A stretch of DNA of 64,000 nt. Origin: Rhizodiscina lignyota. Taxonomy: Eukaryota. The position numbers and the translations under genes were made by a program. The notes under the pieces are model-generated. The model was given only the letters and a program-made list of their open reading frames with translations, did not search any database and was not told the origin of the DNA. Below, piece by piece: positions 22,343-34,346 of the stretch (positions are counted from its first letter, which is position 1; each line of letters opens with the position of its first letter). Location: positions 496,001-560,000 of the forward strand of contig ML978136.1 of NCBI GenBank assembly GCA_010015805.1. Reading direction: 5' to 3'.

Positions 22343-24284
22343 TCATATCTCCACAGTCTTCATCTCTTCTTCCGTCTTCTTCTGTGGACCGCCCCTCTTG
22401 CTCTCCTCATCGCCCACCTCTTCGTCATCGCCAATTCTGAAAGCAGGCTTGGTCGCCACCGGCGTAGCAAGCAACCCGTCTACTCCAATCCTCGGCGTCG
22501 CGTCCGGGTCACTCTCCCTCTTATTCTCCTTCTGCACCAGCGGCGTCTTGTCATCCTTGATGCTTCCGAAGCTCGTCACTCTGCCCAAATCGCCGCTCGC
22601 CCTCGGCGAATCTACGCTCACAAGCTTGTCCGCATTGCTTCCTCTCACAGCTCTTGCGGGCAAATCTGTGCGCACCGAGATCTTTGTGGTCGGCTCTTCT
22701 GCAACTCTGGCGAGCGGGCTGCTGACGAGTGGCTGCTTGCCCTGCGCCTGTGAGAACCGGCTTGGGCTTCTTCCGCGCTGGGGGAAGTCTTGATCCGAGG
22801 ATACAGACGCGGTAGGCGAGGAATATGGCGAGTCGTGCTGGGAGCCAAATGCTCGAGGAGGTGGCGCGCCCACATTCGGATTGATCCTGAGTCCTCCCTT
22901 TCCAGGAGCACCGTTCGCAACAGGTGGCGGGCCCTTCCTTGGCTGTAGCCGCCGACCGTATTTCCTCTCGCAGCGCCAGCGCAAGACCTCCATGTATGGT
23001 ACATCGACGCCCGGCTGTCTATCCCAGAACTCGCGGAATCTCAGCTCTCCCGTCTCCTCGTCCACATATACCTTGCCGCCATTGCCTCGTCCCTCTAGCG
23101 GCTCGCCATCCTCCAGCTTGAAGTCTCCAGCGCTAAAGTCATCGGCCACGGCGGCGAGGAAGTGTGCCCAGGAGCGTGCGACCACAAACTTGCAGTCGTA
23201 GTCGCGGCCGAACACTATGATCTGGCCCCAGCGGCCAGCAGAACCAGGGGCAAGGTCGACGGCGATGCAGTTGCCTCCCCAATCGCGTGCGAGCGGGATC
23301 CAGGAGGGATGAGTGTAGGCGTGCTGGATGCTGTTGGGCGGGTGGGATGTCTGGCGGGAGAGGAGGTCGCTGCGCCATTGAGGGTTGTTCGATTGCGTAG
23401 GGCTTACGAGGGGAATGGTAGGCGCAGACGATGATGAAGAAGCGGCACCGATGCCAGCAAAGGCTTTGGTTGGGGGGGTTGGTGTCACTGTTGAGATTGG
23501 CGAGGAGAGACCGTGCACACCGTTGGCATGTGAATTGGCGGAGTTGCGGGCAGACGAGACGGGGGAGAGGTACTCCTCGCCGACTTTGCGCCAGTTTTGC
23601 CACTCTTGCACGATTTCCTCGCAGTCGAGTAGCATGCAGCCGAATATGATGCCTGTTGGCAGGCCACCGCGCTCTTGGCCATCGTGAATCTGCAATGACT
23701 CGCGCACATCCAGGGGTAGGGTGCAGTCGAGTTCGTGTTCGAGTTCGTTGACATCATTCTGCGTGCAGGGTTCGGAGAGGTTGTCGTAGAGCTCGGTGTA
23801 GGTATCTTCAGCCCAGTGGTCGATGCGCTTCCAGGAGTGGTTCACTGGCGGTGCTGGAGGCAGGCCGTCGCTGAAGTTTTGCATCTGAATCTCAGAGGCA
23901 GAGTTGTCGGTCGAAACACGCTGGAGGGAGGTGCGCATGCCGGGCTTGTAGGGAGATTGAGGAGACATGCGGCCGTTGGCGCCATTCACAAAGGCCGAGC
24001 CGTCTTCTATGCTGTCGTGTGCGTATGAGAGGTCTGGCCGCGACTCGAGAGCGCTCGTGGCGATGGATGTGAGGGGGGCATGGCGGCTCTGGGGAAGGGG
24101 GACGTGTTGTCCGGTGCGGTATGGGGAGTCGTGAGAAGCGTGGCGGTCGTACGAGGTCATTGTGTGCCAGAAGGAGCGCCATGATGACGCGAGTCTGCGG
24201 CAGAAAAATTGTTAGACAGGCATTCCGAAGTCGTGGGGAGATGATGAAATTGATGAAATTGGGGCCGACTTACGAGGGTGCCAT
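22343..24284 (-). CDS. SMI1: Cell-wall assembly / glucan synthesis regulator Knr4/Smi1
   Basis: 11-nt first exon (ATGGCACCCTC|GTAAGT) and intron 24195-24273 give MAPSLASSWRSFWHTMTSYDRHAS. SMI1/KNR4 domain: LEHELDCTLPLDVRESLQIHDGQERGG, WIPLARDWGGNCIAVDLAPG, WGQIIVFGRD. Confidence 0.95.
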
Positions 24285-25846
24285 GGCGGGCACCGAGACG
24301 GCTGCAGACGACAGTTTGGCTGGTGTTTGCAGTGGTTAAGGTCGGGCTGGGCGTGGCATTCGAGCGAGCAGAGGTGTTTTTGGCGGTTGATGATGAATTG
24401 TTCGGTGAGGGTGAGGAGTGGAAGTTGGAAGGCACCCTGCACGCTGCAACTTTCCGGTGCAGTGCAGAGCAGCGCAGCAGTGTGCAGGCAGGGCAAGTCG
24501 CGCCGTTAAGGGGGACGCGCACGGGCGCCGCACAGTGCTAGCGCTGCGAAGACGCGCCTCACGACCAATTTTCAGCCGCGTCGAACGCCCATACAAGAGC
24601 TTAATTCGTCCTCACCAGCACGGCGCCCTCTCCGCTCGCTGGGCACCGCATGCACCGAAGCTTCGCAGCGCAGCTCTGGTGGAAGGCGGTGACTGGTGGT
24701 GCGGGCGAGGCGCTGACGATGGCAGCGTCGAGCGAAGGGTGACTCTGAGTAAGAGCAGCTGGACACAGCGACAGGAGGAGGCGGAAGTACTGCAGACTCT
24801 GTTCGGCGAAGCTTGCCTGGCAGAGTGCTTGCTTCGCGCTTGTTGCTTGTTCGGTCTTGAGCGAGCGTGGCAAAGAAAGCGTGGTGTTTGGGGAATAAAG
24901 AAGGTGGAGCGCGATGCAACAAAATCATCCAGCGGCCCCGCCCACACCCTCTGACATGCGCCTTATAAGAAGGACTGTAGCAGGTATAATTAGAAGGGCC
25001 CATCTCAAACCGCGCGATCGCTGCTCGACACACCTCACGCGTGCAAGTCGATGGGCAAGCAGCATTCTCCATCCGCGCCGCCCATCGACTTTCGCCATGT
25101 CCAAGGCAGCGCAGAGTGTTTCAAACGCCGCATCGCTGTGCAGGCGCGCAGGCCTAGCGCTCTCCATTCCAGGCACGATCGCCCTCGCCGCCCAATCGCC
25201 GCCCGCTGCCCCTCTGCACCTCCACCTCCCGCCAGCATCGCAGCCTTTTCGCCTTCGAGAAGTGCCCTGCCCGACCCTGCATCCATGCTGTAACCTGCAA
25301 CACTAATCTTCCGCCCCGCTGTCTTTGGTGGGATTGCTCCATAGGCAGCGGAGATGAGAAATGCACTCGCCACCACTTAAGGCTGTGTATATTCCCCTTT
25401 TGAGCGGATGCCATTCTATCCGGCATTCTCCCTTGTCCTGCACCGGTGGTAACATCACTTGATCACCACAGCTACATCTTATGCTGGTTGCGGTGAAGTT
25501 CTGGACTCTTTCAATGTGCGATAAGATGCAGGCACAGCCCGCGTATCTCTGGCCTGCCAAGAAAGCCTACGCAATCCCCCGCTGCGGCTCACTCACGATA
25601 GAGCAGCGGATCTCCTCACGCCTTCCGTCGCGACTTCAGATAGAGCACCATCTCTACGCGTGGCTGACTGAACATCATACGCCAAGAGAGCAGATGTCGG
25701 AGTTTGCTGCAACCACATTCCGACGCTATGGGAGTAAGATGTGTAATTATTCACATTCGCGGCAAGCTTATACAGTCGTCAACTTTAATTTAATCATGCC
25801 TCGAGCTCTAGAGATATCCTTTGAATAACGACTTATAGCATCAGTC

Positions 25847-26909
25847 TTACCTAGTACATGGATTCGGCCCGCACTTCTGATGAAAATAGCAATCGAAATC
25901 TCTATACCACGTATCATCCCTCGTCTGATGCGTCCACTGGCTCGCCGCATCCGTACAGTAATTCTGACTCCCATGCGAATCGGCCAGCTCCAAGCTTGCC
26001 TCGCTGCTATCCCAGTCGCTCGTGCTGGTGAAGTAGTGATCGTAGTGGAAATTGATCTCCGCCTGCTCATGCTTGAAGTTGTTCGACGTCGATATCTTTA
26101 CGTCGTCCATGCCAGGGTTTTGCAAGGTCAGGCTGCCCGACGAGAACTCGCTCATCGGATGTTGGGGGTTTATGAGCAAGTTGAAGGGGCCGTAGAGCCA
26201 GTATCTGCCACACGCTCAAAGTCAACACAGGTGTTTCGTGAGAATCAAGAGGACGAGGCAGCGGGCCAACTAACCTAACGGTATATTGCTTGTTGACTTC
26301 ATCGATCCAATGATGGATATGTACCTTCATCATCCCCTCAGCCGCCGCCGGACTCTGGCTGCCCGGTATATCCTCCTTCGGATGCGGCCGTGGTGCTTCT
26401 GGGAATGCATAGTCAACCGTTTTCGTGTGTATCTTGTCTTTCGAGTTTGGTCTGCCCGTGGGATTGATTTGGACCGACCACGGCGTAGACGTTGGCTTTT
26501 TCGTATGAGCATGCTTGGCAGTGGTCTCGGGTCTGGGTGTGGGCCTAGGGTACCTCGATGTACCTGACCTGAAAGATACGCGGTGGGTTGAGTTTAAATA
26601 TGGATGATGAATTGGCATCGCTTTGGATGTATTTGGAGATCGGTGTGGAGGTTTCCAGCCCTTGCATGCTCTGTTCCAGTCTTTGCAAGTGTCGGTGTGG
26701 TTCTGGAGCTTATTGTACTCGGAGTTCCACTTCTGACAGATGTTGTACCAAGTCCGGCATGTATCTTGCTGGCCCAACGTGCTGTTCATTGTATAATTAA
26801 AACCCTCAATTCGTGCTGAGGAGATGCTGCTCGAGGAAGCGTTGAGTACGAGACCCGGGGCCGCAGAGTAAACGACTCCAATGGTTGCAAGGAATGTAGT
26901 GAGCTTCAT
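25847..26909 (-). CDS. Secreted protein of unknown function, about 330 aa
   Basis: Signal-peptide-like MKLTTFLATIGVVYSA. Intron 26205-26274 (GTTAGT...CAG) joins the 26067 and 25847 ORFs in frame (QYTVR|YWLYGPFNLLINP). Contains a P/T/K-rich linker and a Cys-containing C-terminal domain. Confidence 0.75.
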
Positions 26910-27648
26910 CGAAACAGTTTGATTCGTTTTTGGCTCGAACAGGCGCGCGGAACGGATAAGAAATCTAATCTAACCACGGGGGCATAGCATCAAGCCGTGA
27001 AACAAAACACAATAGACAAAAGAGACGGTCGTTATTAGGCTACATATTCACAAAGCATCGATGAAACTGGGTCCTTGACAAGATATGAAATATGAATTAG
27101 CGGAGCGGGCTGCGCAGTGGGATAAGACGGAGATGGCGAAATCAAAGAAACGTGGCATTGCCATTGTAGCTATCCGATCTTTGATAGTACCATCTTCAAA
27201 GCTGCAAGGTTCCAATATAACGATATTCTGAATCGAGAATTATCATGGCTGTGCGGTGGCAACACGCACTCTACGCGAGCTTGAAGAACGGAAGAGGGCA
27301 AACGAGGGGGGGTTTATACTCTAGGGAGAAAGAGCAGTAGAGAAAATTTGAAGTCTTGGCGTTAGTGTCGCGCCCAGGCACGCCCCAATCACCTGTCCAG
27401 TCCACTGCCGAGCTCAATTGCTCTGACCTCTAGGTGTTGCGGAGAGTCTGTCGTTTTGAACAGCTACAGCTTCCGTAGTTCTGTATTCAAACGCCCTGCT
27501 ATTCACGTGTTTCAGTCATTTTTCAGCATTCTTGCAGCAGACTATAATATTTTCTTCTTCTTAATCACCTCGAACTATACTGTCTGGTATCAACTAGTGA
27601 CTGCAGGCGTAGAATCACGTCAAAAGTTCCAAACTCGAGATACGTCTG

Positions 27649-28887
27649 CTATATCTCTTTGCAGCCTTCTCCAAGAACATTCAACTCCACACCATTTGCG
27701 GCGAAGTCAGAGATAAGCTCCTGTAGAATAGATCTCCTGGCCTGCACCCGCTCTAATTTCGCATTGTTGGATAGATCCTCTTGTTCGATGTCTTCGTCAA
27801 AATTATCCGCCATCCAAATCTTGATCCTTTTCAACGCAGGCGGAATACGTCGAGGTTCGCACATAAGATGCTCCAAATGCGACACAACAAGCCCAGAGCA
27901 ACTGTGCAGCTCGAGAATCTCCAGTGACGGCGGAATCTGAGACGCTAGAAGGAATGGGTCACAGTATTCGTTGAATCGGTCTTTCAGCAAGCCGTTGTAG
28001 CGGGCCCATTCGATATATATGAGCATATCCATTGTGATCGATAAGACCTTTAGAGCGCCATAGTTGAAAAAGTTGCCACATTGAGCGCGAGGTCTCCGCA
28101 AATTGGGCGCCGGAGGAACGCGAATATCGATTGTCTCCATCTCCCGGCTCAGAGGATCCAATACGCTTCCAAGGTCTGACCACTGCCATTCTAAACGCTT
28201 GCGGAGAGATTCCGAGGCACGCTCGTACAATCCGACGGCCTTGTAGGTGAAATGTTTCAGTGAATTCAAGCCACTGACAATCTCCATGAGGGTATCGGTC
28301 CTGATGAATGTGTCATGAAGCTCCAAACGAGGGAGATACAAGCCCTGAGGCACGCGTTTCCGTCGTGAGCTAAGTTCGTGCTCGAAGATGCCATCCCAGA
28401 GTTCCAGGGCTTCAAGAGTCGGTAACTCCAAGAGCAACTTGGCTATCGAGATAAGTTTCCGGCAGGAAAATACTCCTTGCGGGCGAATACTTCTCATTGA
28501 AATGCGACGAAGTTTGGGAAACGCAAGGTGATGATGAAGCAGGCCGGAGTAGCAGGAACAAGATTTTTTAAAGGCTATCCCAGAGTCTACAGACACAACC
28601 TCAACGTTTGAGAGACTTGGCAGGAGAAGAAGCAGATCGTCCGTAGCTAACCATTTGCCGGTTATCATGAGAGTCTTGACGCATTGTGCAAGGTCAGCTC
28701 TTTGTCCAAAGGTCTGGATGAGGTGCGGTGCTGTGGTCACATTCAAGCCAATAATTCGATAGAGGAGCGGATTTGAAACATGATGCATCCTCCTGGAGGT
28801 CAAAGCCAGACTCCTTAACTCCTTGAAAGCTAGATATTCGAAAATCAGAAAGAGAAGCTCATTGGACAAGTCGGTTAATGAAGACAT
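27649..28887 (-). CDS. F-box protein with LRR-like C-terminal region
   Basis: Intronless 412 aa. N-terminal LTDLSNELLFLIFEYL...LRSLALTSRRMHHVSNPLLY is an F-box. Repeated LxxLxL units (LRRISM, LEALEL, LKHFTY, LKVLSI, LEILEL). Confidence 0.85.
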   Translation of the reverse strand: MSSLTDLSNELLFLIFEYLAFKELRSLALTSRRMHHVSNPLLYRIIGLNVTTAPHLIQTFGQRADLAQCVKTLMITGKWLATDDLLLLLPSLSNVEVVSVDSGIAFKKSCSCYSGLLHHHLAFPKLRRISMRSIRPQGVFSCRKLISIAKLLLELPTLEALELWDGIFEHELSSRRKRVPQGLYLPRLELHDTFIRTDTLMEIVSGLNSLKHFTYKAVGLYERASESLRKRLEWQWSDLGSVLDPLSREMETIDIRVPPAPNLRRPRAQCGNFFNYGALKVLSITMDMLIYIEWARYNGLLKDRFNEYCDPFLLASQIPPSLEILELHSCSGLVVSHLEHLMCEPRRIPPALKRIKIWMADNFDEDIEQEDLSNNAKLERVQARRSILQELISDFAANGVELNVLGEGCKEI

Positions 28888-29538
28888 GACAATTTTTTAT
28901 ATATCGAACAGTGAAAAAATCTCAGGCTCGCCTGTTGAAAATATATGACTGCCACAACAGGAAGAGACCAGTGTAAGAAATTCATGGGAGACTCCTAGGG
29001 AAGGAGGATTATATGCATATGCATATAAGTCTTCTCAAGTATATATTACCTGCACGCTTAGGCATCAAATGCAGCTCCGTCGCGGGAATTCAGTGCCGCC
29101 GTAATACAGCAGCCGCACTATCGTACGGCCGATTCGGCGAGATTGATATGATGGAGAATAAACATGTTTCACCTCAAAAGGGAGAATAACACATCCTCCA
29201 TTCGATCGTGGAAGAATAGATGCATGATATGGGGTGATGTCGTCAGATGCGAAATTGACTATGCCAAAAATAGCAAATTGTATAGCCGGAACCGTGGTCA
29301 CAGTTAATCCGGTGTACGCAGTTGGGCTGCTGCTGCGTCTGCCCGTGCTCACGACTTCTGGGTCCATTGGGTAAGATGCCAACTTCATTTCATCGACAAG
29401 CAGCGTGAAGCTCGACGTTTCATCGCCCTTGGTTATACGCAATCGACCGACTCCGCGACTGCCGGGACGCTCCGTCGACTGCACTGTTGCATTGTTGCAA
29501 TAACTGGAGCCTCGCCCATTGGCGACCGAACGCTTGCG

Positions 29539-31214
29539 ATGGCACGACTACAGTCTGGGATGTCCTCCTTCGGAGCATTCCAGAGAACTTCAATACTGCT
29601 GTTGCTCTCTGGGATGTTAGTTATGCGCGTCGCGGGACATGAACACCACATGGACAATATAGAAGAGGGCCAATATGTATCAAATGACCCAATCGTAGGC
29701 GCACACACACCCTCACCAGGTCTGACCGTGCTCTAATGGACGATAGGATTCGGTTCTCTGGGCGCATATCCTTATACAAATGCTAGCATGGGGAGTGATC
29801 TTCCCAACTGGAATGGTGTTGGGTGTAAGCCAAGATTCGTTGATACCTGCAACAACAGGAATCTCACATTGCACCTACAGATTGTCCGATCACGATGGCA
29901 CGTTCCACTTCAAATATTCGGCGTCGTTCTTGCCATAGTTGGCCATTTCCTAGGACATGCTCACAAAGGCCGCCAATTCGCCCCGAACGTCCACTCCTCG
30001 TATGCGCCCTGGCTCGAGTTGCTCGTGATAGTACAGGGTGTATTGGGTGGATATTTGAAGCTGCACCTTGAACGTGGCATTCAAGGAAAGATTAGGAAGT
30101 GGATTGTCATACTCCATGGTGTCATTGGGAAGGTCATGCCACTCGCCGCATGGATCCAGATGCTTTTCGGTGGCATCACGGCTCTCGGCTTCTGTCGCAA
30201 TGATCATCTCGGCCAGTGTCTGGCGCATTTCATCATGGGAAGTGCTTTCATCGGCTACGGAATCCTTCTCACAATACTACTCCTAGTAGGCCAGCTGTGG
30301 TTGCGGAAAAGTGGCAGGAGTCAGGAATTCTTCGATTCCCTTATTATCGCTGCATGGGGCTGCGTCAACACCTTCACAGAGCACCGATGGGGTGGCCCTT
30401 GGGCTCACAACGACTTGCAGCATACGTCGATGGGTATCATCTGGTGGTCTGCTGGTCTTGTTGGTATCTGGCTTAGCCGCACAAGAAACGGCCGACCAAA
30501 GAGGAACCTTATTCCCGGCATTGTTATTCTGCTCACAGGCTATGCAATGTCGGCACATCCGCAATCACTGCCACTATCAACAATGGTACACTCGGTGTTT
30601 GGGTATACATTGATGGGTGCTGGTCTTGCCCGCATCATCGAAATTTCCTTTGTTCTGAAAGACAGGGACGTGTATGGCAACAGTGGATCGGAACCAAATA
30701 GTTTCCAATATCTGCCGCCATTCGTAAGCTCCATCAACACACCTATTAAGACAAGTATGCTAATATACAATCAGCTCCTTTACGCATCAGGCTTCCTCTT
30801 CATGGGTGCTACTGAAGAACAGATGCAGCTTCTCTCCGACCATAACGTCACACACGTATCTTACATTCTTATATTATACAGCATTGCTTTCATCCTCTTC
30901 CTTTGTAAGAGAACCATACGCATTCTTGTCATTCCGTTCCACTAACATCTAATATAGTTGTGAACATGCTCGTTCACCTCTTCGCTGTTTATGCATGGCC
31001 AACGGAGCCAAAGAAACCAGCGGATCTGGAATCTACTCCAATCACCCCAAATGGCCATATTGCCAATGGCCACCTTCCAATTGGGAGGACGCGGCAAGAT
31101 CGAACGATTTCAGATGCCGAGGAGTTTGAGCTTCATGGACTCATCGCTTCCGACGATGAAGACGCTGAACTGGTGCCTAAGAAGGAGCAACCGTCTCCAG
31201 CCATTCACTCCTAG
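29539..31214 (+). CDS. Ytp1-like multi-pass membrane protein
   Basis: Five exons (introns about 29695-29746, 29824-29880, 30724-30774, 30905-30957). Motifs GQCLAHFIMGS, NTFTEHRWG, DLQHTSMG, MSAHPQ and FMGATEEQ, plus many TM segments. Confidence 0.88.
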
Positions 31215-31404
31215 AATATCCCACAATATTAATTTTAGATTGGCGTAGCGGTCCCTGGGAGCATTTGTCGGCGTTTGGAGCGTTTCCTTCGTCCTTTGGT
31301 CAAGTGTAAAACATACACGTTCTCTAGATCCGGTCGTAGTTTTAATCGACGTTCGCTGTCCGAGCTGTTGATGCCTAAGCTTAGTATCCAGAATGAGAAA
31401 CTTC

Positions 31405-32217
31405 TCACTTCCCCTCAGCAATTTCTCTGAGCGCTGCTAGTATATCCGGTGCCGTGCTTTCTACCGCAGACACTTCTCCGCGTGTCATCTTTCGCAGCAC
31501 GTATCGGCTTACGACTTCTGGATCGCGAGAGTCTGGTCTGTCGATCCCTATCCCTATCCTAACAAATGATTGCCCGCCCAATGCTTGTTGGATACTCTTC
31601 AGCCCATTGTGCCCCTTCAAACTCGAACTCCCCTTTCTCACTGCAATCTTTCCCTTAGGCTTTTCCATTTCATCATGCAGCACCACTAATGTCGCCCTCG
31701 CCGCTGCCTCGCGATCCGGCTCCGCTGCAATATCCCATTTCCACTTCCTGTACGCCTCTGCCACACCCTTTCCCGATACATTCATCAGACTGGAGCTCAT
31801 CCAAAAAGTCCAGTCTTCCTCGGCGAATCCGGTCCGTTGGCTCGCGTTCTCACGGGACGCGGCGCTCCCTTTCTTGTGGCCTAGCCAGCTCATGCCGCGC
31901 CCTAATATGGGCCGCGACACCAGTCCATTGCCAAGCGGCTTCTCGCGCACGAAGGAGGTGAAGTCGTAGCCGGCGCCGCGCAGGAGTTGATGTAGCGAGA
32001 CAAGCGCAGTGTGACCGGCAGAGTGGAGGGTATTTACGTATGCGGGATTTGAGATGGGGTTGCCAATTGAGCAGATCAAAAGGGGGATGCGGGTGTATGG
32101 CATTTCGCCATCAGAGACAGTCTCGGTGGATGGAAGGAGGGTCGGCGAAGGAGGAATTGAAGGAGAGGCGTCGGATGGAGGCGATGTCGCGCGTGTCTTC
32201 TTTGATTTTCGAGCCAT
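31405..32217 (-). CDS. PTH1: Peptidyl-tRNA hydrolase (bacterial-type Pth1)
   Basis: LICSIGNP...YVNTLHSAG, LMNVSG, VLHDEM, GHNGLKSI, RIGIGIDRP and YVL. First in-frame ATG is at 32217. Confidence 0.9.
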   Translation of the reverse strand: MARKSKKTRATSPPSDASPSIPPSPTLLPSTETVSDGEMPYTRIPLLICSIGNPISNPAYVNTLHSAGHTALVSLHQLLRGAGYDFTSFVREKPLGNGLVSRPILGRGMSWLGHKKGSAASRENASQRTGFAEEDWTFWMSSSLMNVSGKGVAEAYRKWKWDIAAEPDREAAARATLVVLHDEMEKPKGKIAVRKGSSSLKGHNGLKSIQQALGGQSFVRIGIGIDRPDSRDPEVVSRYVLRKMTRGEVSAVESTAPDILAALREIAEGK

Positions 32218-32920
32218 TGTTAGTTGCGGTAACGATAAGTCGCAAATAGAAATTGGAAAGATGGTACTTACAGCGCGGAGAAGAGAGGACAGTGAATGAT
32301 TTATATTTGTGGGCGCATGTTGAGTCACCGCAGCAGCACAGCCCGTTCGACCATGAGGTGGTGAACTTTCTGGCTCACCTTTTTCTGCTGGCGGTGACAA
32401 AGCGAGAAATTCTGCTGGGGTTGGGCGGGAGCAGCCGCCGCTAGGCCGCTTTTGAATTAGGGCATGCTTTCGATATCTTCACGACGTCAGCTTGCATTGC
32501 TCTTTCCAACAGCCCGAGGAGATGGGAACTACCCGAGGAACAGTACGGTGTCAACTCGACAACGATCCATCACTTCCATTCGCTAATTCTTTTTACTCTA
32601 AGCTTAATTGCATATGCGTCAGTGATGCCTAGAAAGTAGGGTAAGATGCATCGAACGATTGTTAACAAAGTTCCAGTCTCTGTCCTTGTCATGTTTCCAC
32701 GTATTTGATCTTTAAAACTGCCAGTTGCTATCGAGAAGGAGGCGACTTCTTTTTACCGTTGCAAAGGTAGCCACTGTCCTTTCTTAGATTGGTTGCTTCG
32801 GGGTGACCGTATGGACCATGACTCCCGCGGGAACATTCTCCTTGACTCTCTGTCCTCTAATTCTACAAACCATCTCATTTGTCGATATCATTACACTCAA
32901 TTCAATCGTTACTTGACAAG

Positions 32921-33970
32921 ATGGCAACTTCATTCGACATCAGCCTTTCGACGCTATATCACAAAGGCTACCGGCCGCGAACGCATTCTTTGCCCGGCAT
33001 ACGAAAGCAGAGACCTTTCGGAGAAACAGAAAAACCAAGACGGGTCGCAACATTTACACCACTCTCATATGACTCCTCGCCCGGACGTAGCTCAGCAGAC
33101 GACGGAGCGGCGACGGCATTGTTTCAAATACACGGCCGCAAACATATGTTTGACCTTCCCCTGGAGATCCGACTTGAGATCTACGGATATGTCCTCGCCG
33201 ATCAAAAGCTAGACATATTCTATGCTCGGCAGCCATGGCAGCATCCTCTGACCCGCACATGTCGACGAATTCGTGCCGAGGCCCTCCCCATCATGTTCCA
33301 ACTCGGTACAATCCGGTACATCTCAGATCTCCCAAGGCTCGACTACATCAAAAGGTGGAAAAGCTGGCAACTTTTATACCGCCGCGATATGCTCGCGAAC
33401 ATTCGAAAAATCGAAATTCGGTTTGGTATACACACAGATATAATTCACCTCGTTGTCAGGGATCCGAGAAGCACCGAATTGAGTGGAGCTCTGAAGCTTT
33501 CAGTGCAGCTCGATGCTTCAAAATCGACAATGAATGCCGTGCTCGAGCATCGCGGTAGAATACCAACAAATCTCGTGAGCTGGCTCGGATTCCAGATGAT
33601 AGGGGCCGTGGCGGGTTGTGGGTCGCCCAGTTGGAATGGAATTGCCCTCCTTGCAGTTGTGGAACGAGCACTATCGGCTAGCAATCAGATGATCTCTACT
33701 CATGAAGGGTCCTGGGGGACAAGAAAATGTACTGACACGATTATGGTCTCGAGACAGCCGAGTGCGGACGATCCTTTGCAGGTGAAATTATCCACATACA
33801 CCCTCAGCAAACCCTGGGAGGAGACTCCGGAGAATCAGCAGCGTACTATGGGGATCCGGAATATGTTTGAGAGTCTCTCTATGAATCCTGCCGGTATCAG
33901 ACATTGTTATGCAACCGTCCCCGGACTAGCCTATTGGACATGGTGGGTGTATCAAACACTAAGGGAATAA
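32921..33970 (+). CDS. F-box-like hypothetical protein
   Basis: Intronless ORF with HMFDLPLEIRLEIYGYVL and PLTRTCRRIRAEALPIMF, the paired motifs of fungal F-box-like proteins. Confidence 0.72.
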   Translation: MATSFDISLSTLYHKGYRPRTHSLPGIRKQRPFGETEKPRRVATFTPLSYDSSPGRSSADDGAATALFQIHGRKHMFDLPLEIRLEIYGYVLADQKLDIFYARQPWQHPLTRTCRRIRAEALPIMFQLGTIRYISDLPRLDYIKRWKSWQLLYRRDMLANIRKIEIRFGIHTDIIHLVVRDPRSTELSGALKLSVQLDASKSTMNAVLEHRGRIPTNLVSWLGFQMIGAVAGCGSPSWNGIALLAVVERALSASNQMISTHEGSWGTRKCTDTIMVSRQPSADDPLQVKLSTYTLSKPWEETPENQQRTMGIRNMFESLSMNPAGIRHCYATVPGLAYWTWWVYQTLRE

Positions 33971-34346
33971 AGCTGCACATGGCATAGGTGGAAACAACCT
34001 CAACTGCAGCATTCAAGCTCTGAGATTGGTTCAAATGGTATCTGGACGTCAGAATTCGGGCAGGAATTGTTTCGTGTTAATTATTTACTTCCACACATCA
34101 CTACTGTAGGCGAATAATCCCTCTGTAAAGAAAGTGAACTTCAAGGCAGTGAATGGAGAATCGTACTCGTAGAAATAGCATGGGTAAGGCCAGATGGTCC
34201 AAGCTTGCTTCCCGTTTAGGCATTTCGCGATGAACATGCTTCGACATCCAGTTCTCACGAGCTCTCCACTTTTATAATGCGTCTAGCTATCGGAATTCTA
34301 CAGATGATGTACCAGCCGCTCGACCCATCCTTCGAACTTTGACACC

